Origin: Poseidonia sp.
GTDB taxonomy: Archaea > Thermoplasmatota > Poseidoniia > Poseidoniales > Poseidoniaceae
Length of the DNA: 44,407 nucleotides
Direction of reading: 5' to 3'
Assembly: GCA_016779705.1 (NCBI GenBank)
Contig: JADHNB010000004.1
Coordinates: forward strand, 1-44,407
Below are positions 1 through 8,265 of this stretch, piece by piece (positions within the stretch are counted from its first letter, which is position 1; each line of letters opens with the position of its first letter). The notes beneath the pieces are model-generated. The model was not told the origin of the DNA. It saw only the letters and a list, made by a program, of their open reading frames with translations, and did no database searches. Made by a program: the position numbers and the translations under genes.

Positions 1-406
1 GGACATCTGGCAAGGCTATACCGGCTCCAAGGCCATCATCAACGGTCAACTCAGACCACACGATCAAGTCTCGAACGATGTCCCAATTTTCAGGATAGCT
101 CTTGTGAAATGGGGGTGGAGGCAACATGCGTTGGAGAATGGAATTGCGACAATTATTGCAGTTCTTGCACAACTGAATCTTGTTGTTGACATCGTTGGTT
201 CCCCCAAGGGAACGCGGATGGATGTGCTCCGTGTTGTGGTTGGTCCCTTCAAAGACGACCCCACAGAGAGGGCAGTCGGCCCGGTGCTGAAGCAATTTCA
301 ACTGATTTGTTTGGCTGATGGCAGTGCCCTTCGCCGTTTTTTTCTTACCTTCAAGGAATAATTTAGCACGATCAATGGACGAAGCGTACCGAACATTGAG
401 GTCCAT
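1..406 (-). CDS. HNH endonuclease domain protein (3' end runs off window)
   Basis: Manual minus-strand translation from ATG at 406: MDLNVRYASS...ADCPLCGVVFEGTNHNTEHIHPRSLGGTNDVNNKIQLCKNCNNCRN. This is the CxxC / EHxxPxxxGG / N / LCxxCN HNH signature. GGAGAAGG lies upstream. An in-frame ATG at 490 is an alternative start. Not in ORF track. Confidence 0.85.
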   Translation of the reverse strand, partial: MDLNVRYASSIDRAKLFLEGKKKTAKGTAISQTNQLKLLQHRADCPLCGVVFEGTNHNTEHIHPRSLGGTNDVNNKIQLCKNCNNCRNSILQRMLPPPPFHKSYPENWDIVRDLIVWSELTVDDGLGAGIALPDV

Positions 407-522
407 CTTTGCCTTCTCCGGGAGTTTTTTGACCCACAGCGGGTTAATCAACCATCGCCAGAAATTTGGAAGGAAACGATGCGAAAACATTCCTTCAAAA
501 GGCAGTTGACGGACCTTCGGCC

Positions 523-3500
523 ATGAGCCGTCGCTACGACCGCCTTGCGGATTGGCTCTTGCCTCGCAAGCGGGGCGCTCACATCGCCGTGATGCTGCTC
601 ACGCTGCTGATGATTCCCGGCGCCATGACCGCGCTGCAGCCCATCGACATGGAATCCTACGAGATGGAGTCACCCGAACTTTCGGCCCAGACGCTGGTCA
701 ACGAGGAATTCCCCAATTCCGAAATCATTCTCGGCTTTCTCGTCTCCACCCGTGACCCCGTTTACGTACCCGAGGTGAACGACTGGACACCGGTTCCCCG
801 AATGGCGGACGGTTCGCCCGATTACGCCTCCCTTATCCCTCCATCCGAGATGCTGGAAGCCGGCGAGCCGTGGAGCGGCATTGACGCGCCCACGGGGGGT
901 ATCCTCAACCTCACCGTGCTTCAGGAACTGGACACCAAGCTGAATTTGGTGTTGGAACACCCGTTGGGACCGGCCCTCAAGCCGCTGGTGAACGACGTCA
1001 CGGGTCACCGCTCCAACGGTGCCATCTCCCTCTCCGACCACTTTCGGGGCTTCATGAACAACACCTCCATCCTCACCCAACCGGGCCTCACCCCGCTGGG
1101 CGTGGTGACCGACCCCCCGACCAACTGGACCGATTGCTTTCCCTTGGCCTGCTTGACCTTTGACGACCCCAACGTCACCCAAGCCCACATCGACATGGCG
1201 GCCGCCCGCATGGCCGAGGCTTCGGACAACAATTTCCTTCGATGGCTGTCGCTGGACCGTGGCTTCAAGGCCGACTACACGGCGTATCAAGACGGCCCGA
1301 TTTTCGGCCAACTCCAAGCAGACGGCTCGTGGGAAGGGGCGCTCTGGGGCAAAGGCCGCTGGACGGCCTCCTCCACCTGGCTGCTCGTGCAACTTGACCG
1401 CACGCAACTGGAGACGATGGGATGGGAAGTCGTGTGGAAGGACGCCCATCAAGAAAAGCAGGTTCAATTCACCGACGAAGGTTTCCGTGTGGGCGGCTAT
1501 CGTTTGGCGGACGGGCAACTCGTGCTCCATCCGCCCCAGTACACCGAAGCGCAATGCCTTGAACTTCAAGCCCAAGGCGAGGGGTGCGCCACCGAATGGA
1601 GTTACATGGACCTCGAGGGTCATCTTCGCAGCCACGACCGCACCACCGTCACGTTGCTCTTGGGCCAAGGCGTGAACGTGGAAGTGAACCGCGAACTGCA
1701 ATCCAGCGCCGGGCTCATCGCCTTGATGGGCTTGGCCATCGTCGTTTTGCTCTTCTTCAGCCTGCGCCGCTGGTCGGACGTCGTCATCGTGATGTTCGCG
1801 TTGGGCGCCGCGTTGCTTTGGATGCAAGGCCTCATCGGCCACTTCGCCAACCTCACGGGATGGTTGGGGTTGAGCCTCATCGCTCGGTCGCAATTTTCCA
1901 ACCTGCTGCCCATCCTCGTGCTGGCCCTGGGCATTGACGATTCCTTGCACGCGCTCCACCGCTACAAGGAGGAGCGCGCCAACGGCAAGTCCAGCCACGA
2001 AGCGGGCCACATCACGCTCGCTCGGGTCGGGCGAGCCATCACGCTGACCTCCATCACCACGATGGCGGCCTTCGCTGCCAACCTGTTCAGCGACATCGCT
2101 GCCTTGCGCTCCTTCGGCATCGAGGCGGCCTTGGGCATCTTGGCGGCGTTTTTGCTCACCGGTCTTTGGGCGCCGCTTCTGCGGGTCAGCGCCGACGATT
2201 GGCTGGACGCACGGGCGGCCAAACGCAACCACAAGGAGGTCAAATCGCTCGTGAACCCTGCGTGGTTGCGAAGCGTCACCCACGGCTCGGGTCAACGTCG
2301 CACCTCCACCGTCATCACCCTCATCGCCGTGTTGCTCACGGTGCCGGCCGCCGTTGGCATGGCCCAACTGGAAGGCGACTTCGCGGTGGAAGATTTTCTC
2401 GACGAGCGCTCCGATTTCGCCGTGGGCGTGGACGAATTGTCCAAGCGGTTTGCCGATGAGGGCGAGCCGGCCAACCTGCTCATCCTCGGGGACGTGCTGG
2501 ACCCGAGGGTGTTTGCGGCCATTGACACGTTCCGTCAGGACATGGACGCCTTGCCCGAAGGCGTGCCGGACAAGATCACTCGTCAGCCCGACGGCACCAT
2601 TGACATCCTGGCCTTGGACGAGATGGTCTTCGCGGCTCAGGGCAGTTTGGTGCTCGACAGCGCACCGTTTGAGGCGGCCGGTTGGCAGCCTGAGGTGGAC
2701 GGGTTTGGCATGAACTGCTCGTTGGCGGGCAACGGCCCGCTGGTCGATACCACGGACCGGGACTGTTTGGCCTTCTTTTACGGCTTCCTGTCCCTCAACG
2801 GCGTGCCCGGCGTCGGCCCGATTCCTGACATCCCCGCCAGCATCGTCCAGCTCTACATCATGCCCGAGGTGGACCTCGACCCGACCCGGCCGTGGTTGGA
2901 CGTGAACGGCGAGCCCGCCGCCTACGGCATGATGCAGATTCGGTTTGGCATGACGCAACCCGAGGACTTCCCCGGCATGCAAGGCGGCGTGGCCGAAGTG
3001 TGGCGCGATTTGGAGGTCTTCACCAACCTCTCCAGCGGCACCTACGAAGAACCGGGCGAAGAGGAAGCGGACAAACCCCTGACGTGGGTTATGCTGACGG
3101 GTCGACCCATCACCCGCTACACCGCTTCCACGGCCATGCAAGACGAAATGCAGTCCTCGCTGATTCTCGGCTCGCTGTTCGTCCTCGCCTCGCTGTCCAT
3201 CGGCTTCCGTTCGCCCAAGCAAGCGGTCGTCACCTTCGTGCCCATTCTGCTGGTCGTGATTTGGCTCTACGGCCTGATGTACGTGGCGGGCTCCTCGCTC
3301 AACATCGTCACGGTGACCATCGCCACCATTTCCCTTGGCGTCGGCATCGATTACTGCATTCACGTGACCGAACGGTACCGTGAGGGGCGGGAAAACGGGG
3401 AATCCCACAGCGACGCTTTGGCTGCGGTGGGCGGTGCGTGCGGCTTGGCCCTGCTCGGCTCGGCCACCTCCGACATCGCCGGTTTCCTCGTCATCGCCCT

Positions 3501-3666
3501 CTCGCCGATGGGGCTGTTCAGCAACTTTGGCATCTTCTCGGCCGCCATGATCGCCCTCTCCCTCGTCGCCAGTTTGGTGTTGACCACCGCCGCCCTTGGC
3601 CTCATCTCAAGCCACGAAGACCTGCCGCATCCCCCGACCTCCAGCCCAGCTGACGAGGAAGCCTGA
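523..3666 (+). CDS. MMPL/RND family transporter (archaeal HAE3-like)
   Basis: Two TM repeats with ALGIDDSLHALHRYKEE and GVGIDYCIHVTERYRE, each after a large extracytoplasmic domain. ATG 523 preferred over TTG 466. Confidence 0.9.
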   Translation: MSRRYDRLADWLLPRKRGAHIAVMLLTLLMIPGAMTALQPIDMESYEMESPELSAQTLVNEEFPNSEIILGFLVSTRDPVYVPEVNDWTPVPRMADGSPDYASLIPPSEMLEAGEPWSGIDAPTGGILNLTVLQELDTKLNLVLEHPLGPALKPLVNDVTGHRSNGAISLSDHFRGFMNNTSILTQPGLTPLGVVTDPPTNWTDCFPLACLTFDDPNVTQAHIDMAAARMAEASDNNFLRWLSLDRGFKADYTAYQDGPIFGQLQADGSWEGALWGKGRWTASSTWLLVQLDRTQLETMGWEVVWKDAHQEKQVQFTDEGFRVGGYRLADGQLVLHPPQYTEAQCLELQAQGEGCATEWSYMDLEGHLRSHDRTTVTLLLGQGVNVEVNRELQSSAGLIALMGLAIVVLLFFSLRRWSDVVIVMFALGAALLWMQGLIGHFANLTGWLGLSLIARSQFSNLLPILVLALGIDDSLHALHRYKEERANGKSSHEAGHITLARVGRAITLTSITTMAAFAANLFSDIAALRSFGIEAALGILAAFLLTGLWAPLLRVSADDWLDARAAKRNHKEVKSLVNPAWLRSVTHGSGQRRTSTVITLIAVLLTVPAAVGMAQLEGDFAVEDFLDERSDFAVGVDELSKRFADEGEPANLLILGDVLDPRVFAAIDTFRQDMDALPEGVPDKITRQPDGTIDILALDEMVFAAQGSLVLDSAPFEAAGWQPEVDGFGMNCSLAGNGPLVDTTDRDCLAFFYGFLSLNGVPGVGPIPDIPASIVQLYIMPEVDLDPTRPWLDVNGEPAAYGMMQIRFGMTQPEDFPGMQGGVAEVWRDLEVFTNLSSGTYEEPGEEEADKPLTWVMLTGRPITRYTASTAMQDEMQSSLILGSLFVLASLSIGFRSPKQAVVTFVPILLVVIWLYGLMYVAGSSLNIVTVTIATISLGVGIDYCIHVTERYREGRENGESHSDALAAVGGACGLALLGSATSDIAGFLVIALSPMGLFSNFGIFSAAMIALSLVASLVLTTAALGLISSHEDLPHPPTSSPADEEA

Positions 3667-3750
3667 GCGGCGACGTCATTCGTCCACCGCGGGTGAACCG
3701 GGCGCCGTTTCTTGGCCTTCGCTTCATTCAGGCGACGACCGTCGGGCTGC

Positions 3751-4503
3751 CTAGGACGGAATCAACAGCACATCGGTTGTGCGCGAGATGGACGTTTCGT
3801 CGATGGCCGACCCCTCCAAATCACAGAAGGTGTAGCCGATGGTTTTGAGTTCGTTGAAGACCGCCAATTCCTCGTCCCATTGGGGGTGAGAGGTTCCCCA
3901 GCCAACCTCGCACAAGATGACCGGGCGTTGGGGCCACGCCCTCAAGGAGTCCAGCATGCCACGAAGGACAAGGTATTCCGAGCCTTCGACGTCGATTTTG
4001 ATGAAGGTCGGGACGGCCTCCGGTTTGCAAGTTTCGAAATGTTTGAGTTGGATGCGAACACGTTCCATGTCGTCCGAGGCCTTCGATTGGATGATGGTGT
4101 TCCAGCCGAGGTTGCCGTTGCTGGCCACGAAAATATCGACCTCAGCGTCGCTATCGCTCAATCCATAGTTGAACACGTGGGCGTCGTAGGAAACGTCGCG
4201 AAACGTTTCCTCACAGAGGCTGGCGAGATGAGGAAGCGGTTCAAACAAGTACATTGACCCTTTGAAACCGATTTTCTCAGCCAGCAAACGAGAGAAGAAC
4301 CCCACGTTTGCACCGATATCGAACACCACCGCATCCTGGTTCACGTAGGGTGTCACGGCCGAAATCAACGCCTCGTAACTCTCCTTCCGAAGTTCGTACC
4401 ACTTCATGGCTTCCTGGTGGGAGACGGACATCGCCGACCGTCGTTTTTCCATGAAGAGGGCCAAGCGATGCTTGAAACGGGTGAAGACGGTGCCTTTGCC
4501 CAA
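3751..4503 (-). CDS. FkbM family SAM-dependent methyltransferase
   Basis: VFDIGANVG, FEP and FIKIDVEGSE motifs. Start uncertain (4503 or 4452). Confidence 0.9.
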   Translation of the reverse strand: MGKGTVFTRFKHRLALFMEKRRSAMSVSHQEAMKWYELRKESYEALISAVTPYVNQDAVVFDIGANVGFFSRLLAEKIGFKGSMYLFEPLPHLASLCEETFRDVSYDAHVFNYGLSDSDAEVDIFVASNGNLGWNTIIQSKASDDMERVRIQLKHFETCKPEAVPTFIKIDVEGSEYLVLRGMLDSLRAWPQRPVILCEVGWGTSHPQWDEELAVFNELKTIGYTFCDLEGSAIDETSISRTTDVLLIPS

Positions 4504-4643
4504 AAAATTCCACCCACCCGTTCCTCGGAACGCCCCCTTTTATTGATTCCGACGCACCGAGTGAAGGCCCCGTCGGTCCAATGGCGCATGACGAAACCGC
4601 TGTTGGCGTAAGCATCATACCTTTCCCAATTCAAGGCCCATCC

Positions 4644-5639
4644 ATGTCCGCCGCCCAAGACTATTACCAGCAGGTCCTCGCGATGGGTCACACGCCCGAA
4701 CATGCACTGGCTTACACCCGTCAGCATTACCCCGATTTCGTCCCCGGTGTTTCCGCACCCGTCGCCGCGCCGGCGCCCACGCCGATGTCCCAACAACCCG
4801 TTCCCGCCGTTCAACCGGCGGCCCAAGCGCCGATTCAAGCGACTCCCGCCCCGATGATGGGCGCCAGTTCTGCGGTAAGCGCCCCCATGGCGGCGCCCAG
4901 CGCCTACGCCCCGATGGGCGTCCCGGTCCCCGCCAGCGGACCCTCGACCATGGTGTGGGCTGCGGTGGGGTGCATCGTGGTCGCGCTGCTGCTGTCCATC
5001 ATCGGCCAGTTCAGTCATTCGTGGATCGTCAACAACGAAGATGAAGGGTTCACCACAGGACTCAACACCGTTCGGATCGATTGTTCATTTGAGGATACAG
5101 AGGTTGATGTGGAAACATGCAAATCGTTTGCGTATGCGTTCCTTTCAGATGACTATGAAACGGCCAGCCAAGAGGACACCTCCGATGCTGATGTGATTCA
5201 AGTCGGAAGATACACCGAGTATTGTGACAACACCTATACGTTCACGGTTCAACTGATTGAAGCGTTCACGACGGATGCGGAGGAGCGCCAATCCGATATG
5301 GCCAATGCATCTGACGCCCGAGACACCTGCCTTGAAACGCCTGCAGCCGGCTCAACCGGCGGCATGGTGCTGTGGGTCGGCTCGCTCGCCGGCCTGCTGG
5401 GTGCCGTGATGTTGGGCGCCGGGGCAACCGGTCGCGCCCTGCCCGCCAACCTTGAGAAGCACGGTCACTGGACGGCCATCGCCGCTGGGGCCCTGATGCT
5501 GCTCGCCGTGCTCGTGTGGTGGGTCTTGTTGCCCGATACGGAACTCGACACCAGCGCCGGCATGGGCGTGTGGATGACGGTGCTGGGCGGCCTTGCCGGC
5601 ATCGCCGCCGGCGTGATGACCCTGCTCGACCAAAAGTGA
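4644..5639 (+). CDS. Four-TM membrane protein, claudin/PMP22-like topology, with P/A-rich N-terminal linker
   Basis: Four hydrophobic helices. W...GL...C...C follows TM1, and the large first loop has 4 Cys. Start placed at ATG 4644. Confidence 0.7.
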   Translation: MSAAQDYYQQVLAMGHTPEHALAYTRQHYPDFVPGVSAPVAAPAPTPMSQQPVPAVQPAAQAPIQATPAPMMGASSAVSAPMAAPSAYAPMGVPVPASGPSTMVWAAVGCIVVALLLSIIGQFSHSWIVNNEDEGFTTGLNTVRIDCSFEDTEVDVETCKSFAYAFLSDDYETASQEDTSDADVIQVGRYTEYCDNTYTFTVQLIEAFTTDAEERQSDMANASDARDTCLETPAAGSTGGMVLWVGSLAGLLGAVMLGAGATGRALPANLEKHGHWTAIAAGALMLLAVLVWWVLLPDTELDTSAGMGVWMTVLGGLAGIAAGVMTLLDQK

Positions 5640-5730
5640 GCGGCGTTTTCGCATCGGTGGCTTCATCAAGGGTTGCGTCAGCGGAAGGGTTGCTGTCCCC
5701 GGGGTTGGCCCCAGGAGAGTGGTGAGGACG

Positions 5731-7464
5731 ATGACCGAAAACGAGGCGAAGCGACCTGACGACGAGGACGAAGACGACGACTGGATGAAGTACGCCACCG
5801 CCAGTTTCGGCGAGACGGATTATTCCCTCTGGGACGACGTTGAGCCCGTTGAAGAGGACGAAGCCCATGCGGCGGAAGTGGCCATGCAGTTGGGCACCCA
5901 CGTCGAGGAAATTCCTCGCGCCCCCTCCGCGGCCGGTCACAAACATCTGGTTCGCGAGGGCACCTGCGACGCCTGTTTGGGTCGCGTCGGTGGCAAGCGT
6001 ATCTACGGCCAATCCTTCGAAGACGCCGGGGCTGGTGTTCGGGCCAGCGTGGTGGAGCAAGACCAGCACATGGCCAACGCTCGCAAGGCGGCCCCGCTGT
6101 GTCCGTTTTGCGAAAACTTGTTTGAAGAAGTCGACCTGTTGGCCGATATCATTCACGACGCCGTTGGACCCTATGACCTCACTCGGCTCCAGTTGGGCGC
6201 TCGATTTCCGAAGGACCAAACGGACACGGAGGAAGACCTTCGAAAGCGCTTGGGCGCTGGCGGTTCTGAACCCTTGAAATCGGCCCTCGTCGACCAGATT
6301 GGCGCCCGACTCAAGGACCGTTTGGACGGGGTCGCGATGGTTAACGACAAGCCCGACATTCTGGCGCTCATCGACGTGTTAACGCTCACCGTTGAATTGG
6401 ACGTGCGAGCGGTCTACGTGTACGGGCGCTACCGAAAATTGGAGCGCGGCATTCCCCAGACCCGTTGGCCTTGCCGAGCCTGCAAAGGACGCGGGTGCGA
6501 GCGCTGCGACCAAACGGGGCTGCAATACAAACGCAGCGTCCAAGACCTCGTGGGCAACCCGATGTTGGCGATCTTTGAGGGGACCGAGCACGCCTTCCAC
6601 GGCATGGGTCGTGAGGACATCGACGTTCGGTGTCTGGGACGGGGTCGTCCCTTCGTGTTGGAAATCAAGGAGCCAAAAAAGCGGGCGTTCAACGCCGAGA
6701 AGTTAGCGGAAATCATCAACGAAGCCGCCAACGGCTCGGTGGAGGTGTCGTCCATCCGCCCTTCGAGCCGAAGCGAAGTGGTGCGCATCAAGGACACGCC
6801 CGCCGAGAAATCCTACACGATTCGTTTCACCATTGAGCCGATGAGCGAAGCCGAATACGCCGTGCTCACCGCCCCGGTGGACATGACGAAGGAGGACGTG
6901 CAGGAACGCAGCAAGAAGCGACGGCGACAGCGTCGCGGCGACAAGGATGAGGACCGAACCAAGCCGCTGGCCACGCCCATCGACGTGCCCGCCACCGGTC
7001 CTAGCGAAGCGGAACTCAAGAGCATGAAGAAACCCGAATTGGTGGCCCTTTGCGAGACCCACGGGCTTGCCAAGACGGGGACGAAGGACGAATTGATTCA
7101 ACGCATCGTGGAAGCCTTGCCCCCTGCTCCGGCGATGTTGGACCTGCCCGACGACGAGACCATCCTCAAGGTCATCGAGGGCTTGAACGGCATCAAGCTG
7201 GCCCAGCGCACGCCCGACCGGGTGGCGCACCGTCGCTCCGACCTCATCCGTAAGCGGACCGTGTTTGAAGCCCACACGCCCTTCATCGAAATCAACGAGG
7301 ACGGGCAGCGGGAAATCGAATTCACCCTGCGTTGCGAATCGGGGACCTACGTCAAAGAAACGGTGCACGGCGACAACGGCCGCACCCAACCTTGCGTGGC
7401 AGCGCTCATCAAAGCCAAGTGCAACGTCCTCTGGTTGGACGTGGGTGACATCCACGCCGATTGA
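5731..7464 (+). CDS. pus10: tRNA pseudouridine(54/55) synthase Pus10 with inserted SAP domain
   Basis: CDACLGR and CPFC Zn ligands, YGRYRKLERGIPQTRWPC, HGMGREDIDVR catalytic motif, ESGTYVKE..HGDNGRT.P. Lies upstream of rpl21e. Confidence 0.95.
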   Translation: MTENEAKRPDDEDEDDDWMKYATASFGETDYSLWDDVEPVEEDEAHAAEVAMQLGTHVEEIPRAPSAAGHKHLVREGTCDACLGRVGGKRIYGQSFEDAGAGVRASVVEQDQHMANARKAAPLCPFCENLFEEVDLLADIIHDAVGPYDLTRLQLGARFPKDQTDTEEDLRKRLGAGGSEPLKSALVDQIGARLKDRLDGVAMVNDKPDILALIDVLTLTVELDVRAVYVYGRYRKLERGIPQTRWPCRACKGRGCERCDQTGLQYKRSVQDLVGNPMLAIFEGTEHAFHGMGREDIDVRCLGRGRPFVLEIKEPKKRAFNAEKLAEIINEAANGSVEVSSIRPSSRSEVVRIKDTPAEKSYTIRFTIEPMSEAEYAVLTAPVDMTKEDVQERSKKRRRQRRGDKDEDRTKPLATPIDVPATGPSEAELKSMKKPELVALCETHGLAKTGTKDELIQRIVEALPPAPAMLDLPDDETILKVIEGLNGIKLAQRTPDRVAHRRSDLIRKRTVFEAHTPFIEINEDGQREIEFTLRCESGTYVKETVHGDNGRTQPCVAALIKAKCNVLWLDVGDIHAD

Positions 7465-7479
7465 CGCCCTGAAAGGGCG
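7465..7479 (+). terminator. GC-rich hairpin directly after pus10 stop (possible terminator or processing signal)
   Basis: CGCCCT-GAA-AGGGCG, a perfect 6-bp stem with no U-tract. Confidence 0.3.
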
Positions 7480-7499
7480 GTGGGTCATCGTCGCGGTGC

Positions 7500-7505
7500 T
7501 TATAT
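7500..7505 (+). promoter_or_regulatory. Archaeal TATA box for rpl21e operon
   Basis: TTATAT in a GC-rich intergenic region. Shine-Dalgarno AGGAGG at 7563-7568 precedes ATG 7577. Confidence 0.6.
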
Positions 7506-7576
7506 GGGGATGGTCAGTCGGCGAGTTGCTCCGAAGAGGCGCTTGCGCTGAATTGGGGAAAAAGGAGGCGAACCAA

Positions 7577-7867
7577 ATGAAGCGCTCAAAGGGTCAGCGA
7601 ATGGGCACCCGAAGCATTTTGCGACGACGGAAGACCGAACGAAGCCGTTTGAACATCCGCCGCGTCATGCACGAGTACGAAGAAGGCGACCGCGTGGCCA
7701 TCGTGTTGGACGGTGGCCAACAGGCCGGTATGCCTCACCGCCGCTTCCACGGCCGAACGGGTTTCATCCAGAAGCGCCAAGGCGTCGCTTGGATCGTTGC
7801 GGTTAAAGACGGTAACATGCAGAAGACCGTGATCGCTCGCCCCGAGCACCTCCGCCCACTCGAATGA
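7577..7867 (+). CDS. rpl21e: 50S ribosomal protein L21e
   Basis: MKRSKGQRMGTRSIL...GMPHRRFHGRTG...KTVIARPEHLRP, with strong SD. Confidence 0.97.
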   Translation: MKRSKGQRMGTRSILRRRKTERSRLNIRRVMHEYEEGDRVAIVLDGGQQAGMPHRRFHGRTGFIQKRQGVAWIVAVKDGNMQKTVIARPEHLRPLE

Positions 7868-7877
7868 GGGATTCACC

Positions 7878-8231
7878 ATGACCGAAGAAGAGAGATTCCT
7901 GGACTTTGCCACCGTTCGCGAGATGCTGTACGACGCTCAAGACCGTCGAGGCTCCCTGAAGTACGAGCAGAAGTGGGCCCTCCAGCACGCTGAATGGGCC
8001 GCCAGCGAGGCTCGCAACGGTATCAAGACCGACCCCGCCGTGTTCGAAGAACTCCGCACCAAACTCTTGGGCGTTGAGACCTGCGCCAAGCACCCCGACC
8101 TCGCCGCCAAGCTGGCCGAATTGATGCCCGCCGCACCCGAGGATGTTCGTGCCGTGTTTGGCTCCAAGCGCATCAAGATTGAGGACAGCGAAATCAACGC
8201 TGTGCTTGACATCGTGCGTCAAGTCATCTGA
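7878..8231 (+). CDS. rpo4: DNA-directed RNA polymerase subunit Rpo4 (RpoF/Rpb4)
   Basis: LKYEQKWALQHAE and AAKLAELMP..PEDVRAVF. Conserved position after rpl21e. Confidence 0.9.
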   Translation: MTEEERFLDFATVREMLYDAQDRRGSLKYEQKWALQHAEWAASEARNGIKTDPAVFEELRTKLLGVETCAKHPDLAAKLAELMPAAPEDVRAVFGSKRIKIEDSEINAVLDIVRQVI

Positions 8232-8265
8232 TGCGGTTTTCCGCACCCACCCACGGTGATGAAGC

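Noticed and set aside
104-509. Short plus-strand ORFs 104-361 and 318-509
   Set aside because: Antisense to the HNH gene, which carries the recognisable motif.
670-3408. 912-aa minus-strand ORF and similar long antisense ORFs (9860-11299, 23700-26222, 40100-41503)
   Set aside because: Shadow frames of well-supported genes on the opposite strand, caused by biased codon usage. No recognisable motifs.
7265-7576. N-terminal extensions of track ORFs (rpl21e from 7265, ftsZ from 31303, AK6 from 28701, apt from 42260)
   Set aside because: They overlap other genes or promoters. Homology and SD or promoter spacing support the downstream ATGs.
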